64,000 bases of DNA. Source: a virus. The notes under the pieces were generated by a model. The model made no database searches. It saw nothing but the letters and a program-made list of their open reading frames with translations, and had not been told where the DNA came from. A program made the translations under genes and the position numbers. Where the stretch lies: IMG/VR virus record IMGVR_UViG_3300025133_000045, positions 35,826 to 99,825 of that record. One strand, written 5' to 3'. Shown piece by piece: positions 22,601 through 30,747 of this stretch (positions are counted from its first letter, which is position 1; each line of letters begins with the position of its first letter).

Positions 22601-23502
22601 AGATTGGCAGAAGCCACAGAAGCAGCCGTTCCACCAGGCGCAGAGGCTGCTTCTGCCTCAGCAAAAACCTGCCAATCAACCCCAGCCAAAAGCTGACCAG
22701 CACTTAACCCTGTATAGTCTTCAATGGCTGAAAGGACAGCTTTTTGCTCATCGCTTGCAAGAGTGAACCCTTTCGAAGGTTGTGTCTCCCAAGCCTCAAA
22801 GTAATCAAACGGGTCTTGTTCTGCAACATAAACTGTAGCGCCATATAAATATGTAAGATCTGTACTTTCCTCAATTGGATATCCAAATTCATCAGAGTAG
22901 TCTCCATAAAAAAGACTATACGTGCTGGCAAACCAAGGCAAAGTGAGCGGATTGGGGTGTTCAAAATCAGTTAGGTCATCCCAAGGATTTCTATCTTTGT
23001 AGAAAGTATTTCCTGCAAGATTTACTTTTATAAAAGCAAGAACAGCATCTTGAATAGTTTTAAACTTAGCATCACCCGGTGTGGCAGTGCTAGAGTGTAT
23101 GCACAAAAGCTCAAGGTGAGTCTGCCCTGTATAGTCTTCTACTGTATCCAGAACCGCCTGCCTCGCATCTCGGCAGTCCTGAACTGCTGGACCTTCAACA
23201 AGTTCCCTAGCCTGTAGATAATTTGCGGCTCCATACAAATATGTGAAATCAGTGTCTTCGTCTATGGGATAACCATCTCCAGGGATTCCCTCATAAGTGC
23301 CATCATCATAGTATAGTGTAAACCATGTATCATGTAGCGTGCCACGACAATCAGTAAAATCACCAAGATTTGAAGAGCCATCATATAGTTCATTTTCTTT
23401 GATTATTTTAATAAAATCAGATATAGCATCCTGAACTGCTTCAAGTTGCGCTTCCTTGTGACGCTGGATTTCGCCAGCTTGTCCTTCACCTTCCAGAGCC
23501 AT
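16690..23502 (-). CDS. Very large acidic, Cys-rich hypothetical tail/baseplate protein (2270 aa) with an N-terminal tandem repeat and a central hydrophobic segment
   Basis: Long ORF between the gp25-like and spike genes. Duplicated GYPI.E.TD.TYLYGA...IEDYTG unit. Hydrophobic stretch IVIKLIILILKKLLEIIFDALCALLGVIGGALLNLITGG. Confidence 0.6.
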   Translation of the reverse strand: MALEGEGQAGEIQRHKEAQLEAVQDAISDFIKIIKENELYDGSSNLGDFTDCRGTLHDTWFTLYYDDGTYEGIPGDGYPIDEDTDFTYLYGAANYLQARELVEGPAVQDCRDARQAVLDTVEDYTGQTHLELLCIHSSTATPGDAKFKTIQDAVLAFIKVNLAGNTFYKDRNPWDDLTDFEHPNPLTLPWFASTYSLFYGDYSDEFGYPIEESTDLTYLYGATVYVAEQDPFDYFEAWETQPSKGFTLASDEQKAVLSAIEDYTGLSAGQLLAGVDWQVFAEAEAASAPGGTAASVASANLVTCDEPEVIEEEPPCPPPCVGDPNAITPNWTKLTENEPFLNAKTCEYSITLNTKYEATSIENLYNDPDYLTEGVIKLLEFYGKKTEPYSQTLEDGSEGAEVDPVQLCVDAGTIKETCVSTRSFVKMKALIVVPWTTFNSIEELGPPEEMPDKEDYPAYVKIRGADFLLMTKQVARSMEILAVRQAIWFFNEGGRISEPTLNLKDEAERIRVFRKDFRALLRENDFKFKRSFGGKKRIDEIEIGFDSDMRVDYITATEIGCDKPEKMTKTMGAFKNSDPQTIQRTMYFVSKLPEIWNDVTATEPLEFGDFLTKYVAFPPVEILVDVYGEDALFCRQDLSVEDDPTFMGNLGDEFAELGKDIMDEIVSLQDAFADKFANDLCATLEGKRKNDVKLDNLGELAERARDTALKEFFAGDRNLEQLPELLKEIATDPDELWTKILDKLGVCGLLALMESAFACLFAGLSFDDAMKEMVKAAFNAMDEANFQRIFIGLPPDVQREVFDNLEKDVSNIPPPWDAGYRAGSYSGQGRTMSVDKENLPETAQEWQSSDEVVGPGVPTFEGSTTGVAIDEHAINRAYGNPGSIGTAADSIMDSVSTAYKQALINMIDNNVIDLDMLMAQLNELPGAPIVARILQQMDCPPFPLFTPPIGDFFKTLELDFCRGHFAISLPVLNEDFFSMDIFRIIINIAKELIEYIVIKLIILILKKLLEIIFDALCALLGVIGGALLNLITGGNDFRNALGDALCPDATDDQIDEALRTMMEATGVGSCTTPGQVPTPEDAAAFSEVLAAVLTNGEVIDLLNGEATSQVKQMISDVTADQIPSLACMQPSDIENLFKALGTIVNPDLLDQAQKIDSLDTPVCNSICASPSQLAMFNDIRCSMMQSKGLTPEECEEQIEAMTDRAKKDLADLANVLQGGPFQEFPPILGSDPICPDSGDPFAPGGSILPEIPEAMNEIAKQAAKNTFESIDKAHIRDLVGRRGFFDMVLSDSNGLGIKVHERKVRRRGSQLASELGMGGSYTDNWADDQGWDTAIPKDEWGEISGREDAVGTGENTDIELVAYKSGFAEGGYPMTVAILLQKYFTQYNETVIGFEDSLKIAEGFEPRPMRPVPPVAPCKGSKWESDGSYTLVTGFDFTNLMPITETVEYKGFDLEYQDYSEKPMDQYHFKLTAATALKEGGVWNDVDKTETILWEKTGMPAFNLDGSVDGEAEGELSADWTQVQRFRITHDTPDDVEALLETLNLDLVNNPLDEEAFSSYITSVIESYPGYDAAAVAEVKTNLRNALPFLQDVYMRKFALLLASNGEGYAAGDDQPPPDPFQFGYDESQTQIQAYMAGPNVDKEFAKANGRKLPPEPDESFDQQIYNRFNGNADNPPFYLRDPDRWGWLGMMDKFVPEVDACDPIDGTAPREPICKFEDLKDVYMELMNKYQDDKRLFAKPGSDCAQDIPFNIALTRGAQAGIDTSIMAIARIYAIEVLLRGGPVCAVFGSKCFGEIISNYVVKSIDEDVQQMGVFGPSKKYYYRFMEQIVQMYGRQVDLGMIEPTPSEQEAMDYLNELQLTFVPPKGLFNKSKYNKERDEMVQIALDHEKATYEPGILTLLSRIVLIELESMSKQFEENLHPEGMPVPNLQSLFLGSASFIQGSLEAGVLDVWNGVDPVADPEKTEPLAKGYAETDEGEIVPFRLERYLRVTPLSNTLTPSPMFPARPKDVENLDSFIDWANNQPDKADMLLSELFENVSLGYRLVFTTALDTDDEEWGSYPATRLPGNLALAVTGMPIIEEKSFVVPCDGGTLYMVPLASHEMDVDPNSDQTLQQFLDDIEGFDETNRSCILDELANTDAYKLLFGICVPLEKMVSWLAVYSINNFLPSIGWVEDGWTVNGGKWYSFAKGFRTWDQKTFEKSKKAAKRVFMQFYNSNDPTYESDEQKADKKKLTKGERPKSQRNNFLRWFAWRRKYPKPTDKNEVLCP

Positions 23503-23503
23503 A

Positions 23504-24409
23504 TTAATTCACCCTGTTAAATCGGCTATTAATCCAGTTGCCGCCAAATGGAGTATAATTATTTATTTCATCGAGCATAAGCTTGACCTTGTTCCCATAA
23601 GCTGGCATCATACACTGAACGAGCCCTTGCACAGCAAAGTTTGGGGATGGAGTGGTCGGAATACCCAAAAAGGGACTTATATGAATATGACTCATCAAAG
23701 CAATTACAAGCGTAGTATACAGTCCGTTTAGTTCGTCGATCCTGCCGTTCATATCTTTTAAGGCATCGACCAGGCGACCACCCTTTGGGATTGGTTCCAA
23801 ACCCACTGTTTCGTCGTCATTACCAGCTATGAGGTCAATACCATAATTCGTTTTGAGCTTCTCGCCAGCAGAGTTTCTTTCTTTCGGTGTCGTTCCGGTG
23901 ACGAGCTTGATCCCTTCGCGTCCAATAATACGAACAGCGTCTGCCTTAATGCCGATACCAGACCTTGCCACCGAAAGGCCAACATTGCCTTTCGCCAAAC
24001 CAAAGTTCTTATCAATGTCGGTCCTCTGGCTGATATAAATTCGAGCAGCGTCACCTTTGAAGTTGGGGTCCACATAAGTGTTAGGTTTGGGTCCATCTTT
24101 GGTGGCTCCCATCTTACCAACAACCAGATCAATCATTCCTGCCTGGGTTGATCCCATACCCCCATAGCCACTATTTTTCGGGCCAGGCCGGTCTCGACCA
24201 AGAATAATCCAAGCATTATTGTTGTTTTTATAGACTATCTCAGACTTTGCCTGATTATGAAAAGGGATGGGCTCAGGCATGTTTGAGCAGTTTAAGCCCA
24301 TACCGTTAGTGCCTTCAGCTTGTGCAGGATTATTTTCTATAGCCTTTTTAAAAGCATCCGGCAGGCTGTCGAGGTCTTTAATTTTCTTTTTCTTTCCGAA
24401 TAAACCCAT
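23504..24409 (-). CDS. Baseplate central spike-like protein (gp5/gpV C-terminal type)
   Basis: Beta-helix-like repeats (ARIYISQ, GIGIKADAVRIIGREGIKLVT) and a C-terminal HxH (SHIH) metal-binding tip motif. Baseplate context. Confidence 0.6.
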   Translation of the reverse strand: MGLFGKKKKIKDLDSLPDAFKKAIENNPAQAEGTNGMGLNCSNMPEPIPFHNQAKSEIVYKNNNNAWIILGRDRPGPKNSGYGGMGSTQAGMIDLVVGKMGATKDGPKPNTYVDPNFKGDAARIYISQRTDIDKNFGLAKGNVGLSVARSGIGIKADAVRIIGREGIKLVTGTTPKERNSAGEKLKTNYGIDLIAGNDDETVGLEPIPKGGRLVDALKDMNGRIDELNGLYTTLVIALMSHIHISPFLGIPTTPSPNFAVQGLVQCMMPAYGNKVKLMLDEINNYTPFGGNWINSRFNRVN

Positions 24410-25623
24410 TATACTGTTGCCGCTCCTTCTCCAGTCGTAAAAAAACTATCCCACGTTGAATGATCTCTTGCTACTATCATAAACTGGCTTCCTGCCCCCG
24501 CCTGATATTCCCAGTGCCAACGTTCTGAACTAACGCCCCTAACAAATCCATATTTATGTGCATTTAACATCAGCCATTTATAGGTGGCGGTTATGGAACC
24601 TGGATTTGATACCTGAGATTTTGGCATTCCAGTAACAAGATCAAATGCAATTCCACTTTGATGATTAGATCTGCCAACAGAGGCTGTCGCGGGGTCGCAA
24701 ACTCCTGAGCCGCAATTCTGGTCCCACAAAGTCTGCTGTCCAGATTTTACCCCACCACCACACTCTTCGGGAATAATCGCATCGTCATTCCCACGAAATG
24801 CTGAAACAATTTGTAGAGTGACCCCATCCCTTTCGGCTGCATCTCGCATTGTGAGATAAAACCCAGCAATATCCTTGGATACCGGACAACCATCAATTAT
24901 AGCGGTCTCTACGGTGCCACCTCCAAATTTTGACCCCCTCTCCATAACTGGCCCTTCACACAAGTCGTCTATTTCCGTGTAAGGAGGGGTTACAGTGTCA
25001 TTTCCAGGTGCCATACCCATGAGATTCCCAACGGCACCAGTAGCGCTATCGAAAGAACCAAGAGCACTCCCCGAACTAGATGCAGGGAGTAGGCTTACTC
25101 TTTCGGCCACGCCTTTATAGATTCCTCCCCTCTTGTTCGCTCTATCAACATAATCTATCCATACTATATCTCCTGGCATCGGCAGTGTAGACGCCTCGCC
25201 AGCCCCATCCAATGTTCCATAAAAAAGTGAGGTCTGTTTCAAACATAAAGTTAGTATCCGATCATAGAAGCTCAAGTCGGAACCTGTGCCATCTACAGAC
25301 ACATTTGGCTTGCCTATGAGTGAATCGACAAAATCATCGTAAGCAGTCACAGCTATATATTTAATATTTTCGCCCTTCAAATGTGTAGAGACAGCAGTAG
25401 TGCCATAAAAATTTTCTGCTTCTTCATCAAGCTCCCTAATTTCAATCACTTCCGCTTTTCGAGGATAAAATAATTTTACGACAGGAGCAATAAATTCACT
25501 TATTATCGTTTGAATAACAGTATCTGAATTAAGATTATCTAAACTTAGCCTGAAGCTGTTGAAATCAATAGTATCATCATTTTGTGTCCCTGGGACAGCA
25601 TTTATTCGGACATCCTTACCCAT
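24409..25623 (-). CDS. Tail-associated peptidoglycan peptidase (OB-fold-like N-terminus + M15B/VanY-like domain)
   Basis: SAFR, SNHQSGIAFD and ERWHWEY match the M15 Zn-peptidase motifs. PMPGDIVWIDY resembles the gp5 OB-fold motif. Confidence 0.8.
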   Translation of the reverse strand: MGKDVRINAVPGTQNDDTIDFNSFRLSLDNLNSDTVIQTIISEFIAPVVKLFYPRKAEVIEIRELDEEAENFYGTTAVSTHLKGENIKYIAVTAYDDFVDSLIGKPNVSVDGTGSDLSFYDRILTLCLKQTSLFYGTLDGAGEASTLPMPGDIVWIDYVDRANKRGGIYKGVAERVSLLPASSSGSALGSFDSATGAVGNLMGMAPGNDTVTPPYTEIDDLCEGPVMERGSKFGGGTVETAIIDGCPVSKDIAGFYLTMRDAAERDGVTLQIVSAFRGNDDAIIPEECGGGVKSGQQTLWDQNCGSGVCDPATASVGRSNHQSGIAFDLVTGMPKSQVSNPGSITATYKWLMLNAHKYGFVRGVSSERWHWEYQAGAGSQFMIVARDHSTWDSFFTTGEGAATV

Positions 25624-25912
25624 TTACCTTATCCCCCTTCTTGATCATGTCAAAAAGCTCATCTTTATCTTGATCGGACAACGCAGCGCCACGAGACTCT
25701 TTCTTTTGCAGAATGCCAGTTATTTTTACAAGTTGCTCATTGGATCGCTGCAAGGTCTCGACATATTTGGCTGCTGTAAAACCAACTTCTTTATGACGTT
25801 GCTCATCCTTGCTCAAATACCGGATTACATCATCAAGAAGCTCTTTGGTGATTTCCCTATCTTCTTGAATATTGTCAATTGCCATCTCTAAATAAGAATT
25901 GATATCTTTCAT
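25616..25912 (-). CDS. Hypothetical helical protein (98 aa)
   Basis: Overlaps both neighbours; coiled-coil-like composition. Confidence 0.6.
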   Translation of the reverse strand: MKDINSYLEMAIDNIQEDREITKELLDDVIRYLSKDEQRHKEVGFTAAKYVETLQRSNEQLVKITGILQKKESRGAALSDQDKDELFDMIKKGDKVNG

Positions 25913-26631
25913 GATTCGTCGCCCTCATCCCATTTAACCTTGAACGCTCGGTACTTTATACGCATTTTGTTCAAATTATTCACAATTTGTTTTGTGTTGA
26001 GACCTGTTATCTCTCTCATGTATAGATAAATAGCTTTCTTGTTAAAAATTTCTATATTATTGCTCTCGCTTAAAAGTATACGGATAGCTTCTAAGACTTT
26101 CCTTTCATTTGGCTTCAGGTTGGGAATGTCCCAAGAATCAATCTCTTCCCAAAGTAGCTTCCAAAATTCTTCCTTCTCTCTAATCTCGTCATAGTCGTTG
26201 TAAGTGGCCATATATTTCAATTGAACTTCATTGGAGAGCAGGCTGCAATCTACCTCTCGTTTCTTTTGTTTTGAAGTCTTCTTGACCTGATGAATGAACC
26301 AATTTTTGGTGATTACACTGAAATATGAAAAAGCTTTGGATCCCTTACTCTGGTCATACTTGTCCAATATTGTCGTCAGCCATATCTTGCACTCCTCACG
26401 GAGTTCATTAATGTTTGGCAAAGTGGTAAACTTATATGTAAACACAATTTTATCAACCATCTCATCAAAGGCTGGCTGAATAAAATTCACATATAGTTCG
26501 GTTCTTTCTTTGGGATTGTTCGAATTATTAAATCTTACAATCGCGTCTTCATGGGCCTGAGTGAAATACTGTCTTCCGCTTTTGCCACGTCTACGTCGAA
26601 TCGGTGTCGTCTTCTTCGTCAAAGTCATCAT
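25909..26631 (-). CDS. Phage RNA polymerase sigma factor (T4 gp55-like late sigma)
   Basis: YFTQAHEDAIVRFN...LDKYDQSKGSKAFSYFSVITKNWFI matches sigma region 2 / gp55-type FDPxK..AFxYF motif. Confidence 0.75.
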   Translation of the reverse strand: MMTLTKKTTPIRRRRGKSGRQYFTQAHEDAIVRFNNSNNPKERTELYVNFIQPAFDEMVDKIVFTYKFTTLPNINELREECKIWLTTILDKYDQSKGSKAFSYFSVITKNWFIHQVKKTSKQKKREVDCSLLSNEVQLKYMATYNDYDEIREKEEFWKLLWEEIDSWDIPNLKPNERKVLEAIRILLSESNNIEIFNKKAIYLYMREITGLNTKQIVNNLNKMRIKYRAFKVKWDEGDES

Positions 26632-26917
26632 CCTCCAAAGGCTCTTTCAAAGAAAACAATATTTCATATCTATCGAATTCTTTTGATAAGGCACGAGCAT
26701 GAGAAAGCAAATTTTCTAAAGTCTGATCGCCATAAAACATTTCCAATTCGTAAACACCTTCAAGGTGTTTCTTAAACGCCTCAACATCTACAAAGAGATC
26801 CTCTAATGTTCCCGAGACGGAGAACAGTTCACGCAAAACTTTTACACAATACCATACCAGAAATATATTTATAAGGGCTGACACCACAAAGGCCGCGCTT
26901 ACAACGTAAGGCCACAT
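26591..26917 (-). CDS. Membrane-anchored hypothetical protein
   Basis: N-terminal TM helix (VVSAAFVVSALINIFLVWY) followed by a coiled coil and an acidic tail. Confidence 0.6.
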   Translation of the reverse strand: MWPYVVSAAFVVSALINIFLVWYCVKVLRELFSVSGTLEDLFVDVEAFKKHLEGVYELEMFYGDQTLENLLSHARALSKEFDRYEILFSLKEPLEDDDFDEEDDTDST

Positions 26918-27165
26918 TATTGTTTGTCCTTGAGTGCTCTCTTTTGCTGTTTAAGATCTTCTTTTGACTCTTCGATAAACTTCTTCACTTCCTCTCCCGT
27001 TTTTGTTTTTTGTTCTTTCGCAAACCCAGATAGACTAAACCCCACAGACGGAATTCTCTCACAAACAGAGGAATTACATGCTGGGCATCGTGCCTTTTCG
27101 CTGAATCCGTGAAATGCATCAAACTGATACATACAACCCACACATCTGTAAGCGTATCTAGGCAT
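26917..27165 (-). CDS. FmdB-family zinc-ribbon protein
   Basis: MPRYAYRCVGC...F......CPAC is the FmdB signature. True start placed at ATG 27165, not 27315. Confidence 0.8.
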   Translation of the reverse strand: MPRYAYRCVGCMYQFDAFHGFSEKARCPACNSSVCERIPSVGFSLSGFAKEQKTKTGEEVKKFIEESKEDLKQQKRALKDKQ

Positions 27166-27394
27166 CCATTTCAGGCCCTTCTTCGTTTGCTGCGCTACTA
27201 AGCCATTCACCATCGGCACCAAATTTAACCAACGGAGGATTCTTAACGTATAACTCTTTGTTCTTAAGAATGAAATCAAACCCTTCAAGAACGGGGACGA
27301 TATCACTTTGCTCAAGCAAAGACTTTTGAAGTGCCATCATAAGAGCGCCTAGCGCCTGCTTAGAAAGCCTCATATCACTAACAAGATTACTCAT
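27158..27394 (-). CDS. Hypothetical protein (78 aa)
   Basis: ATG 27394 follows an AAGGAG RBS; reads MSNLVSDMRLSKQALGALMMALQKSLLEQSDIVPVL. Confidence 0.65.
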   Translation of the reverse strand: MSNLVSDMRLSKQALGALMMALQKSLLEQSDIVPVLEGFDFILKNKELYVKNPPLVKFGADGEWLSSAANEEGPEMDA

Positions 27395-27404
27395 TCTTTC
27401 TCCT

Positions 27405-27632
27405 TTATTTCGATGATGTATCAGTGCCACCAGTATCGGTGCCTGTATCACCTGTTTCTATTCCAGTCTCAACTATTTCGGTCTCAACTATTTCCAAGCC
27501 CGTATCACCACGGACAGGGTCATCACTACAACCGACAAACATAAGCATTCGCGGTACCGCGAATGCGCCGAAAAAAAGGACAATAACGTATATGTCGGTC
27601 TCGCTAAGCATAAACTTTTTCTCCTTCACCAT
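27405..27632 (-). CDS. Small membrane/lipoprotein-like protein with DTG/ETG repeats
   Basis: Hydrophobic N-terminus, FVGC lipobox-like Cys, then GDTG..ETG..ETGDTGTDTGGTDT. Confidence 0.55.
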   Translation of the reverse strand: MVKEKKFMLSETDIYVIVLFFGAFAVPRMLMFVGCSDDPVRGDTGLEIVETEIVETGIETGDTGTDTGGTDTSSK

Positions 27633-28609
27633 CTAAAAATGGTTTTATAATGTTTCACAATTTTATCAATCTCTTCATCAAATTTCTTGACTGGCTCCCA
27701 GCCTAGTCCACGAAGCTTTGTGTCGTCAACTGAATATCGGACATCTTGACCCTCTCTAACGAAAGATAGATCAAGCCACTCTTCATATCCAATGTATTCC
27801 TTATCGTAATTTCCATTGAAATATGAATTGATTATTTTTAATACCGTATCTTTATTTTTTTGTTCGAACCCCCCTGCAACGTTGAAAATTTCGTTTATTA
27901 CGCCGGATTCAATAATTTTAACCACTGCCTGGGCAGTGTCTTCAGCATGCAGCCAATTCCTAAAAGGTTCCCCCTTGTTGTGCAAACGAATTTTTCTTTC
28001 TCTTTGCAACAATTTGACAGCAAGCGGGATTAACTTCTCTGGATATTGACCAATACCGTAGTTATTAGTTGGGCGTAAAATTAAATAGTCTATTCCATAC
28101 GTTCGTGCCCATGCTTTTATCAACATATCGGCTGCGGCCTTAGATGCGGAGTAGGGATTACTTGGTATAAGAGGGGATTTTTCCGTATGTGAACCCTCCA
28201 CAACGTCTCCATATACCTCATCTGTGCTAAAATGGAAGAAGATTGGCTTGCTCGCAACGTTGTCTGGTTTGCGGCGAATAATATCCAAAAGATTCTTAAC
28301 ACCTGTTATATTACTATGAATGAAATCAGTGCTGTCGATGATACTGTTCCCAACATGAGTCTCGGCGGCAATATTGATCACGTAATCACAATCTGGAAGA
28401 TCCTTTAAATTGCAAATGTCCTCCTTAATATAAACAAAATTGTTCGATCGACCAAATTGTTCGACCGACAAACTAAAAAATTCATTATGAGAATTGGAGG
28501 CATAAGTCTCTTTGTCGATCCCATATACCTTCCAGCCCTTCTGTAGACAGGCAACAGTAACATGGCTACCGATAAAGCCATAACAGCCTGTTATTACTAC
28601 AAGCTTCAT
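27626..28609 (-). CDS. rfbB: dTDP-glucose 4,6-dehydratase
   Basis: TGCYGFIGS, AAETHV, STDEVYG, PYSASKAA, NNYG..QYPEKLIP, R.GQD.RY. Start at ATG 28609. Confidence 0.92.
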   Translation of the reverse strand: MKLVVITGCYGFIGSHVTVACLQKGWKVYGIDKETYASNSHNEFFSLSVEQFGRSNNFVYIKEDICNLKDLPDCDYVINIAAETHVGNSIIDSTDFIHSNITGVKNLLDIIRRKPDNVASKPIFFHFSTDEVYGDVVEGSHTEKSPLIPSNPYSASKAAADMLIKAWARTYGIDYLILRPTNNYGIGQYPEKLIPLAVKLLQRERKIRLHNKGEPFRNWLHAEDTAQAVVKIIESGVINEIFNVAGGFEQKNKDTVLKIINSYFNGNYDKEYIGYEEWLDLSFVREGQDVRYSVDDTKLRGLGWEPVKKFDEEIDKIVKHYKTIFRW

Positions 28610-28701
28610 TCGCTCTCCTGCACGACATAAATGACGATCCATTTTTCAAATCCCCAGCCCTTGGGGACAAACTTAATTGGCAAAATTGCAGCTTTGTTCA
28701 T
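28606..28701 (-). pseudogene. 31-codon stub of a cupin / mannose-6-phosphate isomerase-like gene
   Basis: MNKAAILPIKFVPKGWGFEKWIVIYVVQESE*. KFVPKGWGxExWI is the N-terminal motif of phage cupin sugar isomerases; the remainder is missing. Its stop overlaps the rfbB start (ATGA). Confidence 0.6.
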
Positions 28702-29167
28702 TTAATAACTTCCCATACTTGTAAACATAATCAGTACATATTCCTCTACAAACTCTTAAATCTAATATATCCTGTTCTGACTGTTCTGGCAACACACAAA
28801 TTGTATTATTTGTAAGTTTTTTTCCTGGGTATGCCCAGATGTACCCGAGGCTTGTCAATGTATAGTCGTCTTCTTGGTGCCAGAAGAAATTCCAATGTTG
28901 CTTACCGTGGCACACAAGATGTTCGAATGCTTCTACGTTCTTTATATGAGTCCATAAAACATTGGTAGATGCCAGCAGATCCAAATATTTTTCACTAATC
29001 CGATACTGCGGCGCATCGTGTCCGAGAAAAAAATTGCCTTCAACACGCCAGAGGTCTACTTCGACCGCATACCCCTGTTGTACCGCTGTGTGAATATAAT
29101 CTGGATGGTTCTCTTTCTTTGGATTAGAACCATCCAGATTACCTCTGTGGGCTATTAAGGTCGTCAT
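28673..29167 (-). CDS. Glycerophosphodiester phosphodiesterase-like (PLC/GDPD fold) protein
   Basis: LIAHRGN...ENHP...VEVDLW...LGHD...W.H.KN...FWHQEDD.TLTS...GICTD. Confidence 0.8.
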   Translation of the reverse strand: MTTLIAHRGNLDGSNPKKENHPDYIHTAVQQGYAVEVDLWRVEGNFFLGHDAPQYRISEKYLDLLASTNVLWTHIKNVEAFEHLVCHGKQHWNFFWHQEDDYTLTSLGYIWAYPGKKLTNNTICVLPEQSEQDILDLRVCRGICTDYVYKYGKLLNEQSCNFAN

Positions 29168-30015
29168 CACTCACCCGACTCGAAGTTGTGTCGCGAGACC
29201 GAGGTGCGCGTGTGATCCACTCCGATTTCAGCCGACCAGTCCAAATATCCGTAACGGTAAAGCCACGTTTCACAATATGTCTCCAAATATCTTATTTGCT
29301 CGGCGGTAAGCACCTGAGAATAGTCTCCTATCTTTCCCCCATTTGTTTGTTGATTGGAGTGCATTTTTGTCATCTTATAAAATTCAGATGTGGTATCGTC
29401 GAGAGTGACGTGGTTCTGAAGGTCTTCTGCTTCTTTGTGAACTTCCAAGATCTGCTCTTGTGTGAGTTCTACTTCCAACACTTGAGCCAGTTCTCCAATG
29501 ACACTGATCGGATCTTTCTTATATGCTTCGTAAATCCAAGCACAATCCGACAACGATTCCCAGCATGTTGAGTTGTAATAATTATTGCGCACATAGTACG
29601 CAAAGTCGTCATCGGTGATATTATTGTTATTCCTGACATAAGAAGCGGCACAGTCCCTAATATCTCGTATTACATTAACGACTTTATATTCTATAAGTGT
29701 GTCGTTTACGCCTTCGAAATTACTACTAAATGTCTTCATAACAGATCCATCTTCTTTGCTAAGACAAAGGGGGCTTCTCAGAGGAGCATCAAACGCTAAA
29801 TCATGCTGCTTCAACATTATTCTAATTGTTTGGTTGGAGTGTTTTGGGGGGGAAACATACGAAAAATTGGGTTGGTCTTGAGTCAATATCATTATGCGGT
29901 GACCCGCTTTCTTGTAGAGCACACGACATATATTAAAACACAAAGTGCTGCCTGCTTGAGTCATCCCGCCGACGAGAACCGCTCTTATTTGGGGGCTAAA
30001 AGTAAATTTTTTCAT
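29167..30015 (-). CDS. Sulfotransferase-like (P-loop) protein
   Basis: GMTQAGSTL (5'-PSB loop), RDIRDCAAS (3'-PB motif), YE..K.DP, GKIGDY. Confidence 0.7.
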   Translation of the reverse strand: MKKFTFSPQIRAVLVGGMTQAGSTLCFNICRVLYKKAGHRIMILTQDQPNFSYVSPPKHSNQTIRIMLKQHDLAFDAPLRSPLCLSKEDGSVMKTFSSNFEGVNDTLIEYKVVNVIRDIRDCAASYVRNNNNITDDDFAYYVRNNYYNSTCWESLSDCAWIYEAYKKDPISVIGELAQVLEVELTQEQILEVHKEAEDLQNHVTLDDTTSEFYKMTKMHSNQQTNGGKIGDYSQVLTAEQIRYLETYCETWLYRYGYLDWSAEIGVDHTRTSVSRHNFESGE

Positions 30016-30030
30016 TTCTTCTTCTCCACT

Positions 30031-30747
30031 TTACCCCCTCTCTTTTAAAAATCTTCTCAAATCTTCCGGCGTCCCAATTCCCCACATTTTATGAACATAA
30101 AAAGGAACAAGAGTTTTCCCATCGGAAATCAGTTCATTGTAAACAGGCGCGATATAGAACTCATTATTAACTCTAATATCTTTCTCAATCATTTGCTTTG
30201 TATATTTCACAAAATCTGACCCTTTGCGATACCAATAAATCCCACAAGTTGCAATGTTTGAAATAGGTCTCTTTTCTGCCACTTCTGTGACAAACCCTCG
30301 TGAATTTGTCTTAACAAAGGACCACTTAGGGTGGACGGCATTAAACGTAAATACAGCAGCATCAACATTGGTTAAATTCTTCAGCATATGAAAGTTTTCT
30401 GGCTCATACTCAATATACTGATCCGAGTTCGCAATGAGCAAATTATCATCATTATCGATATATTGCTCTGCCAAGAGTGCTGTGCAGGCTGCGCCTTCAG
30501 TTAAGCCATCAACCTCGACATATTTAAACTTTCCATTTGTAATCCTATCCAATGTGTCAATAAGCCCGCTGTACTGCTCTACATGTTTTTTTCTGACAAG
30601 GAATATATATTCACAATCAAAATCAAGATTCTCAACGACCTTTTGGATCATTGGTTTGCCTTGCACATCGATCAGGGGCTTGGGAAAGGTATAACCCTCC
30701 TTCGCAAACCGACTACCCTCTCCTGCCATTGGTATTAAAACTTTCAT
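30031..30747 (-). CDS. Sugar-phosphate nucleotidyltransferase
   Basis: LIPMAGEGSRF..GY..PKPLI, TEGAACT, ANSDQ, EK..IS, EFYIAPVYN, GTPEDL. Confidence 0.88.
   Translation of the reverse strand: MKVLIPMAGEGSRFAKEGYTFPKPLIDVQGKPMIQKVVENLDFDCEYIFLVRKKHVEQYSGLIDTLDRITNGKFKYVEVDGLTEGAACTALLAEQYIDNDDNLLIANSDQYIEYEPENFHMLKNLTNVDAAVFTFNAVHPKWSFVKTNSRGFVTEVAEKRPISNIATCGIYWYRKGSDFVKYTKQMIEKDIRVNNEFYIAPVYNELISDGKTLVPFYVHKMWGIGTPEDLRRFLKERG

Noticed and set aside
14443-25623. Bacterial T6SS/eCIS or eukaryotic giant virus origin
   Set aside because: The gp55-like sigma, endolysin, tmRNA, SD sequences, single-strand dense packing and lack of housekeeping or T6SS membrane genes point to a large bacteriophage.
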